A DNA stretch of 64,000 nt. Origin: an uncultured Piscirickettsiaceae bacterium. Its GTDB lineage: Bacteria > Pseudomonadota > Gammaproteobacteria > GCF-002020875. This document shows positions 55,666 to 64,000 of the stretch, piece after piece (position 1 is the first letter of the stretch; every line of letters starts with the position of its first letter). The notes beneath the pieces are model-generated. The model did not search any database. It saw nothing but the letters and a program-made list of their open reading frames with translations, and was not told the DNA's origin. The stretch is from the NCBI GenBank assembly GCA_964551545.1, contig CAZKCT010000003.1, positions 4,486 through 68,485 on the forward strand. The letters are read 5' to 3'. Both the position numbers and the translations under genes were made by a program.

Positions 55666-56100
55666 TTATTTGAAGAGTTTAACCGAAGATTTTGATCCGG
55701 TATTGATGCGCTGCATGCAGTTTGCGACTTCTTCATCGCCACTCTTGCAGGAGAGCATCTGATTCAGCAGTACACTGCTGATCTTGTCGCACGTTACATC
55801 TTTCATCGGTACCAGCTTGATGACCGTCTTATTGGCCATCACCTGTTGGAAATCCGCAAGGAAATGCGCCGCGATCACCTCTTCTTGATCAAAGGCAAAA
55901 AGCTCAGACTTGAATTCTGAAAAAGCGAGATCGCTCTTATTGGAGAAGCGAATATAGGCAACACAAAGATTATCACGCTGCTCCAGTTTATTGATCTCCA
56001 TGTAGAGCGCATCGCTACTCTTTTCTGCTTCCTCTGACTCAGCTGCTGTCACCGAGAATGAGAGCAGTGCTGCCATCAGCAATCCAGTCCATTTTTTCAT
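55666..56100 (-). CDS. Hypothetical periplasmic protein (signal peptide), first gene upstream of exbB
   Basis: MKKWTGLLMAALLSFSVTAAESEE signal peptide; no family recognised; start set to ATG 56100. Confidence 0.5.
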   Translation of the reverse strand: MKKWTGLLMAALLSFSVTAAESEEAEKSSDALYMEINKLEQRDNLCVAYIRFSNKSDLAFSEFKSELFAFDQEEVIAAHFLADFQQVMANKTVIKLVPMKDVTCDKISSVLLNQMLSCKSGDEEVANCMQRINTGSKSSVKLFK

Positions 56101-56168
56101 CTTGTCGATCCCTCTTGATTTTGTGCAATATTCCATTACTGTGCCCGATTCAGGGACACAAATTCTGA

Positions 56169-56837
56169 TCAGTTACAGTGCAACGCCAGATACTCTAGAT
56201 CACTGTCTTCGATCTCCCCCAACTCCCATTCACCACGCTGGTTGGCATGCGCGATTGCGGCCTCACGTGCCTCTGCACTCACCTCTTGAGGAATGGAGAG
56301 TACCTGTCCTGCATAGATTAAATCGGCATCCACAATCTGATCGCGGTTTGCGCAGAGCAGCAGTGGCCACATTGCTGGATCTCCATAAACGCTTTCCGTG
56401 GCAGCCACATCCCACAAGCTACCGCCATCGCCGACCTCAAACTCGCTGACTTGCGGCTGTGTCTGATCTGCTGACTCGGATTCCAGTTCGGTCGCTTCTG
56501 GCATGCCGACCTCAACGGTTGCAGTCGTCTGGACCTCTTCAACCTGTCCGGTTTCGTACTCTACGATCTCTGCGGGTTTCTCAGGAACCGGCTGACCAGC
56601 CGCTTCTGCGGTCTCAACCGCAACGGCATATTTAGAGCGAACCTCAAGGATTTCATCACACTCTGGCTGTGCGTACTCTTTAGTCCAATAACCGGTATGG
56701 ATACAATCCCCATATGGGGTACGAACAACTGCACCGAGGGAATCGGTCAAATACCCCTCAAAACTTCCCGCCTCCAGAGCTGTCGCCATAAAGATCGCGG
56801 GGACTCCAAAAAATATGCTGTAACCCATTTTTTTCAT
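56169..56837 (-). CDS. Secreted LysM-domain protein (peptidoglycan-binding)
   Basis: Signal peptide; acidic linker; C-terminal LysM-like segment (SLWDVAATESVYGDPAMWPLLLCANRDQIVDADLIYAGQVLSIP). Confidence 0.6.
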   Translation of the reverse strand: MKKMGYSIFFGVPAIFMATALEAGSFEGYLTDSLGAVVRTPYGDCIHTGYWTKEYAQPECDEILEVRSKYAVAVETAEAAGQPVPEKPAEIVEYETGQVEEVQTTATVEVGMPEATELESESADQTQPQVSEFEVGDGGSLWDVAATESVYGDPAMWPLLLCANRDQIVDADLIYAGQVLSIPQEVSAEAREAAIAHANQRGEWELGEIEDSDLEYLALHCN

Positions 56838-57037
56838 TTTAGAGCTTTCCTTTTATTCGTTTGATACAAGCAGTGATGGCGAATGCCTCAAAATACTGAT
56901 TCACTAGCTGAATTCGATGAATACTACTGTAGCTACCCTTTTTTTTCACGGCCTTTTTTGAAGAAAAAAGCGAGATTTTGGCGAAACAGAAGATGGTATG
57001 ATCCGCAGCTCCATGAACCTTTGATCCGACCCCCACC

Positions 57038-57496
57038 ATGATGCAAAAACAGCTCCTTTCTCTTCTTGTCTCCTTGGCCCTCTCCTCCGTTGCAGCGGCC
57101 CAGCAAAGTGCACCCATTGCAAACCCGGAACACCCTGCAGCCCAGACAACTCCTGCACCAGCCCCTCAACATGTGCAGCGCAGCCGCCCAGCCAATAACG
57201 AAGAGATCCCTGATGACATCTGGAGCACCATCGCCTCCCCGTTTGACCCCATCGGCGGTGCCCAGAACTTTATGCAGCAGGCACCACAGATGCCTATGAT
57301 GCAGCAACAGCCACAACAGCCCATCCGCTATCCCGCTCCAGCCATTCCATACGAGATGCCTCCACAAGAGAAGCAGATCGCAGCATACCCGGAAGAGTAT
57401 TGGAACTGTCTACTGAATAACCTTCAGGGGCTCGGGAGTGATGTGGCTGCCAAGCTGATCACTCGAGCTTGCCAGAAAAAATACCCTAAACGGTAG
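57038..57496 (+). CDS. Secreted Pro/Gln-rich low-complexity protein of unknown function
   Basis: Signal peptide [23 protein letters not shown]; PQ-rich middle ([16 protein letters not shown]); C-terminal segment with 2 Cys. Confidence 0.5.
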   Translation: MMQKQLLSLLVSLALSSVAAAQQSAPIANPEHPAAQTTPAPAPQHVQRSRPANNEEIPDDIWSTIASPFDPIGGAQNFMQQAPQMPMMQQQPQQPIRYPAPAIPYEMPPQEKQIAAYPEEYWNCLLNNLQGLGSDVAAKLITRACQKKYPKR

Positions 57497-58343
57497 CGAT
57501 CCCATCGAGGGCGATGGCGATAAAGATCGTCATCCCCAACCAGTGGTTGTGAAGAAAAGCACGAAAGCAGTCTGCCGGCTCGCGTTTTCGGATCAACCAC
57601 TGATGATACCCTCCCTGGATAGCTGCCACAGCAAGTCCCATCCAGTAGAAGATGCCGAGCCCAAATGCATCTCCAGCTACAATCAACAACCCCAGCATCA
57701 ATAGCTGAAACAGCCCAATCATCAGCCGATCATTGTCTCCAAAGAGAATCGCTGTGGAGCGAACGCCTATCTTGAGATCATCCTCTCGATCAACCATGGC
57801 ATACATCGTATCGTAGACCACCGCCCAACAGAGCGTAGCAAGAAACAGTAGCCAGGCTGCAGGCGGCACTACATCGCTGACCGCCGCAAAAGCCATCGGG
57901 ATCGCCCAACCAAAAGCGGCCCCAAGAAAGAGCTGAGGAAGGTGGGTATAGCGCTTCATAAATGGATAAACAATGGCCAGCAGGGCCGCTCCGAAGGAGA
58001 GCAGAATCGTGAGCTTGTTCATCAACAGTACCAACAGGAAGGCCGCCACAACCAGCACCACAAATAGCGTCAGCGCCTCACGCACGGAAACTTCGCCACT
58101 GGTCATCGGACGCGCGGCCGTGCGCCGCACATGGCGATCAACCTTGCGGTCCGCATAATCATTGATGATACAACCGGCAGAGCGCATCAGAACCACACCC
58201 GCAACAAACACCACCAGTGTGAGCAGTGGAGGAATTCCCTCTGCGGCAACCCAGAGCCCCCAGAGGGTGGGCCATAACAGCAAGAGGATTCCAATCGGCT
58301 TATCCAGCCGCATCAGGCGATAGTAGGCGTTCCACTGCATCAC
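57486..58343 (-). CDS. ubiA: 4-hydroxybenzoate octaprenyltransferase
   Basis: UbiA prenyltransferase motifs (NDYADRKVD ... DREDD) and a polytopic membrane profile. Confidence 0.92.
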   Translation of the reverse strand: MMQWNAYYRLMRLDKPIGILLLLWPTLWGLWVAAEGIPPLLTLVVFVAGVVLMRSAGCIINDYADRKVDRHVRRTAARPMTSGEVSVREALTLFVVLVVAAFLLVLLMNKLTILLSFGAALLAIVYPFMKRYTHLPQLFLGAAFGWAIPMAFAAVSDVVPPAAWLLFLATLCWAVVYDTMYAMVDREDDLKIGVRSTAILFGDNDRLMIGLFQLLMLGLLIVAGDAFGLGIFYWMGLAVAAIQGGYHQWLIRKREPADCFRAFLHNHWLGMTIFIAIALDGIATV

Positions 58344-59239
58344 TGTATTTCCTTTTCCTCATCATGAAAGTGTATGGAGCAGATCTGATGATTCTCCCCA
58401 ATTGGCATCAACACATCCGCCTTTAGGGGAAGTGTATCCAACATGTGTCGAGTCAGTCGCTCATAGTGCGCCACAAACCGGGCCACCTCATCCTCTGTCA
58501 TCCCCTTTCCCGGGTGACTTTGTCTCAACTTCTGCTCTTGTAATTGCCGCCACTCCAGCACCGAAGAGAACGCGGGTGCTTGTAACATCAAGAGCCGGTC
58601 CAGGCGCGCAAAGAGTTGTCGATATGCACCCTCCAGCTGCCGGTTGGCATAACCTCGCCATACCCCTTCGGGATCTTCATTTTGTTCCAGCTGATTGGCA
58701 GGCTCCACCAATTCAACTTCTCGCTGAGGCACTGCGCCGACACACCACCCCTCAAGAAGGATCAGATCCAGGCCGCTTGGCGGGCAGTGCCACACCTGTT
58801 GATCCGTCGATTCATCCATCGACTTGTCAAAACGGTCCAGCAGTAACTTGTCTCCAGATTTTGCCAGCATCAGCTGGTCAATCTGATGCTGCAGCCGTTG
58901 CAGATCATGAGTACCTGGCACACCCCGGGTCGAGAACAGGGGGTGGATCTGCTCTGCTAACTGCTGACGTTGAGATTGCCCAAAATAGTAATCATCAATT
59001 GAGAGAACAACACTCTCCAGAGAAAACGCCTCCCTTAACAGAAGCTGAAATCCACCGGCAAATGTACTTTTACCAGTTCCTTGTGCGCCATTGAGTCCAA
59101 TCAACAATGGGGACTCAGCCACACGACACTGTTGCCGAAGCCACCTTCCAAGCGGGAGATCAACCCGTTCCAGTCGCTGCAAAACAGGGGCAGGATCGAC
59201 TTGTTGGGTGTGCAGATAATCAACCAGCGTCTGCATCAT
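58340..59239 (-). CDS. P-loop kinase of the COG4240 / D-glycerate-3-kinase-like family, translationally coupled to ubiA
   Basis: Walker [13 protein letters not shown]; overall resemblance to glycerate-3-kinase-like proteins; ATGA start/stop overlap with ubiA. Confidence 0.6.
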   Translation of the reverse strand: MMQTLVDYLHTQQVDPAPVLQRLERVDLPLGRWLRQQCRVAESPLLIGLNGAQGTGKSTFAGGFQLLLREAFSLESVVLSIDDYYFGQSQRQQLAEQIHPLFSTRGVPGTHDLQRLQHQIDQLMLAKSGDKLLLDRFDKSMDESTDQQVWHCPPSGLDLILLEGWCVGAVPQREVELVEPANQLEQNEDPEGVWRGYANRQLEGAYRQLFARLDRLLMLQAPAFSSVLEWRQLQEQKLRQSHPGKGMTEDEVARFVAHYERLTRHMLDTLPLKADVLMPIGENHQICSIHFHDEEKEIQ

Positions 59240-59244
59240 TCTCC

Positions 59245-61271
<2,027 letters not shown>

Positions 61272-61277
61272 GGCGTT

Positions 61278-62735
61278 TTACACTCGGTAGTTAGGGGCTT
61301 CCTTGGTGATACTCACATCATGGACATGACTCTCAACCATGCCTGCTCCCGTCACCTGCACAAACTCGGGACGTGTACGCATCTCTTCAATATTGGCACA
61401 GCCGGTATACCCCATACTGGAGCGCAAGCCGCCCATCATCTGATGAACAATCGCAGTCATTGGCCCTTTATAAGGAACGCGCCCCTCAATGCCCTCAGGA
61501 ACCAACTTCTCGGCGCCTGCATTCTTATCCTGGAAATACCGGTCACTAGAGCCTTGCTGCATCGCGCCAAGTGAACCCATGCCGCGGTAAGACTTGTAAG
61601 AGCGCCCCTGATAGAGCTCGACCTCACCTGGGGCCTCTTCAGTACCGGCCAGCATGCCACCCACCATAATAGAGTGGGCACCAGCCACAATCGCCTTGGA
61701 CATATCGCCAGAGTAGCGGATACCGCCATCAGCAATCGCAGGAACACCTGTTCCCTCTAGCGCTTTCACCACATTCGAGACCGCTGTAATCTGAGGCACG
61801 CCAACGCCGGCCACGATTCGAGTGGTACAGATTGAACCCGGACCAATACCAACCTTGACTGCATCAGCACCCGCCTTCACCAGATCCAGTGCTGCAGCAC
61901 CTGTCGCAATATTTCCACCAATCACCTGAATCTGAGGGAAGTTCTCTTTCACCCACTTCACGCGATCGAGCACACCCTGAGAGTGACCATGTGCGGTATC
62001 AACCACCACTACATCGACACCGGATTCTGCCAATGCCGTCACACGCTCCTCCGTATCGGCACCAGTACCCACGGCTGCACCAACTCGTAGCCGCTGCTGA
62101 TCATCCTTACAAGCATTAGGCTTGTCAGTTGCACGCTGGATATCCTTGACCGTAATCATGCCACGTAGCTCAAAACGGTCGTTAATCACCAGAACTTTCT
62201 CAATCCGATGAGCATGCAGCAGCTCTTTAACCTGATCTCGGCTGGTCCCTTCAGGCACTGTCACCAGGCGCTCTTTAGGCGTCATCACCGCAGAGACCTT
62301 CTCATCCAGTCGAGATTCGAAACGAAGATCTCGACTCGTCACGATTCCAACCAAATCGGTTCCATCAACGACCGGAAGGCCCGAGATGCCATAACGGCGC
62401 GTCAGCTCAATCACCTCACGGATGGTGGCCGTTGGGGAGATTGTCACTGGGTCGGTAACAATGCCGCTCTCAAAGCGCTTAACCTTGAGTACCTCGCGCG
62501 CCTGCTCTTTTGGAGTCATGTTCTTGTGAACAATACCAACGCCTCCCTCTTGCGCTAAAGCAATGGCAAGACGAGACTCCGTCACCGTGTCCATTGCTGC
62601 AGAGATCAGAGGAATATTTAGCTCAATCTCACGGGTCAGACGGGAGCGTAGAGAAACCTCGGCAGGAATAATGGTTGAGTGGGCAGGTACCAGCAAAACA
62701 TCATCAAAAGTAAGGGCTTGCTCAACAAGGCGCAT
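61278..62735 (-). CDS. guaB: IMP dehydrogenase
   Basis: [21 protein letters not shown]-terminus, CBS pair, catalytic loop [11 protein letters not shown]; start set to ATG 62735 (the track ORF runs to 62747). Confidence 0.97.
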   Translation of the reverse strand: MRLVEQALTFDDVLLVPAHSTIIPAEVSLRSRLTREIELNIPLISAAMDTVTESRLAIALAQEGGVGIVHKNMTPKEQAREVLKVKRFESGIVTDPVTISPTATIREVIELTRRYGISGLPVVDGTDLVGIVTSRDLRFESRLDEKVSAVMTPKERLVTVPEGTSRDQVKELLHAHRIEKVLVINDRFELRGMITVKDIQRATDKPNACKDDQQRLRVGAAVGTGADTEERVTALAESGVDVVVVDTAHGHSQGVLDRVKWVKENFPQIQVIGGNIATGAAALDLVKAGADAVKVGIGPGSICTTRIVAGVGVPQITAVSNVVKALEGTGVPAIADGGIRYSGDMSKAIVAGAHSIMVGGMLAGTEEAPGEVELYQGRSYKSYRGMGSLGAMQQGSSDRYFQDKNAGAEKLVPEGIEGRVPYKGPMTAIVHQMMGGLRSSMGYTGCANIEEMRTRPEFVQVTGAGMVESHVHDVSITKEAPNYRV

Positions 62736-62969
62736 GTTGTACTCCAAAAACCGGGAACAGAAACAGGGGAGTCGAGAACTCCTGAAAGGCGCGAATTATA
62801 AATCGATTGAGGGCGCAAGTCATTCAGAAAGCATCGAGAAAAGTCTACTTCTGTCGAACTACTGCAGAAAATATGAAGATTGTGTGAAGCCTGAAACCAT
62901 CTACCCCTAAGTCGGTCTATAATTCATACAACAGCAGCAATTCATGAACCAATCAACGAGGATTTTGCC

Positions 62970-63512
62970 ATGAAGAACCATCGCCCACTTACATTGACGC
63001 TTACTGCCCTACTGGCAGCCTCCTCTATGCTCATCACCCAGAGCAGCAGCGCAGAATCTTTCTCCGACTATGCCACAGTCATAAAGATCGAGCCCATTGA
63101 ACGCAAATACACCATCCGCAAGCCTGTCGAGAAATGCTGGAAAGAGACCGTTCGCGTGCAGCGCCCAGGGCGTTCCGACGGCAGCATCACCAATGAGCTG
63201 ATTGGCGGTATCCTGGGTGGCGTGGTTGGCAACCAGTTTGGTGATGGCGGCGGAAAAGATGCGATGACCATCGCTGGCGCGGCATTAGGTGCCTCTATCG
63301 CCAATGACCAAGAGCGCCAACAGGCTGGAAACCGTGCTCCCGGACGCTACAAAGAGGTTGAGCGTTGCGAAACCATCTACGAGACCGAAGAGAAGAGTGA
63401 ATTCTCCCACTACCGGGTTCAGTACCGCTATAACGGACATCTCTTTACCACCAAGATGAATAGCGCGCCGGGAGATCGCATGCGTGTTCGTGTACAAGTT
63501 ACGCCCCAGTAA
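62970..63512 (+). CDS. Glycine-zipper 2TM domain surface/periplasmic protein (17-kDa antigen / SlyB-like)
   Basis: Signal peptide; glycine-zipper GGILGGVVGNQFGDGGGKDAMTIAGAALGASIA. Confidence 0.65.
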   Translation: MKNHRPLTLTLTALLAASSMLITQSSSAESFSDYATVIKIEPIERKYTIRKPVEKCWKETVRVQRPGRSDGSITNELIGGILGGVVGNQFGDGGGKDAMTIAGAALGASIANDQERQQAGNRAPGRYKEVERCETIYETEEKSEFSHYRVQYRYNGHLFTTKMNSAPGDRMRVRVQVTPQ

Positions 63513-63524
63513 TTGCCGACTGGA

Positions 63525-64000
63525 TTGAGCGCACAACGCCAAATCTTTACGGTCTCCCGGCTCAATCGGGAGGCCCGTTTTCTACTGGAAAAGAGTCTCT
63601 CCACCTGTTGGGTAGAGGGCGAGATCTCTAACCTCTCCCGCCCCACCTCGGGCCACCTCTACTTCACCCTCAAGGATCAGCAGGCGCAGATTCGCTGCGC
63701 GCTCTTTCGCAATCGCCGTAACCTGCTCCGCTTCCAACCCGAGAATGGCGCACAGGTACAGATTCGTGGAACCGTCAGCCTCTATGAGGCGCGGGGGGAC
63801 TATCAGCTCATCGCCGAGCACATGGAGCCTGCGGGTGAAGGGGCGCTGCAACAGGCCTTTGAACAGCTGAAGAAAAAGCTGCAGCTAGAGGGGCTGTTTG
63901 ATCCTCAACACAAACAGCCTGTCCCCTCCTTTCCCAAGCGGGTCGGCATCATCTCCTCCCCCTCTGGCGCAGCAATCCATGACATCCTGACCGTACTGAA
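63525..64000 (+). CDS. xseA: Exodeoxyribonuclease VII large subunit (N-terminal part; continues past the window end)
   Basis: (TTG)SAQRQIFTVSRLNREARFLLEKSLSTCWVEGEISNLSRPTSGHLYFTLKD parallels E. coli XseA (AIFTVSRLNQTVRLLLE...[24 protein letters not shown]); divergent from guaBA as in E. coli. Confidence 0.85.
   Translation, partial: MSAQRQIFTVSRLNREARFLLEKSLSTCWVEGEISNLSRPTSGHLYFTLKDQQAQIRCALFRNRRNLLRFQPENGAQVQIRGTVSLYEARGDYQLIAEHMEPAGEGALQQAFEQLKKKLQLEGLFDPQHKQPVPSFPKRVGIISSPSGAAIHDILTVL

Noticed and set aside
56838-57037. Possible Fur box upstream of the TonB operon
   Set aside because: The best candidate (tgaattcgatgaatactac) matches only about 8 of 19 positions of GATAATGATAATCATTATC; not reported as a feature.

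Overview
The window is a gammaproteobacterial chromosomal core segment, about 53% GC, with compact genes and frequent GTG/TTG starts. Long blocks match E. coli/Pseudomonas-type synteny: ypjD<>ffh-rpsP-rimM-trmD-rplS; xerD-dsbC; mutS; pncC-thpR-recA-recX-alaS-lysC-csrA-tRNA-Ser(GCU); rne<>rluC-HAD, maf, yceD-rpmF-plsX-fabH-fabD-fabG-acpP-fabF-pabB-pabC-tmk-holB-tatD; ppnN, yjbQ<>bioA; relA-ygiQ; an exbB-exbD-exbD-tonB operon; ubiA, tadA, guaA-guaB<>xseA. The synteny breaks hold the less ordinary content: a YeeE/YedE sulfur-transporter-family gene with no TusA-like partner; a HigB/HigA toxin-antitoxin pair; a tRNA-Ser-proximal pocket with a small CxC protein and an orphan LMW tyrosine phosphatase; an unknown 322-aa protein with a class V PLP enzyme facing a 2Fe-2S/FNR-like reductase that lacks its usual oxygenase partner and has a degenerate NAD(P) motif; a receiver / PhnD-like binding protein (interrupted by an in-frame TGA) / sensor kinase module; and an orphan 640-aa protein next to an H-NS-like gene with a very AT-rich, repeat-bearing promoter. 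No CRISPR array, IS element, transposase, integrase or rRNA was recognised. The 640-aa orphan and the reductase-centred trio are the best candidates for something undescribed, but I could not assign either to a known system from sequence alone.
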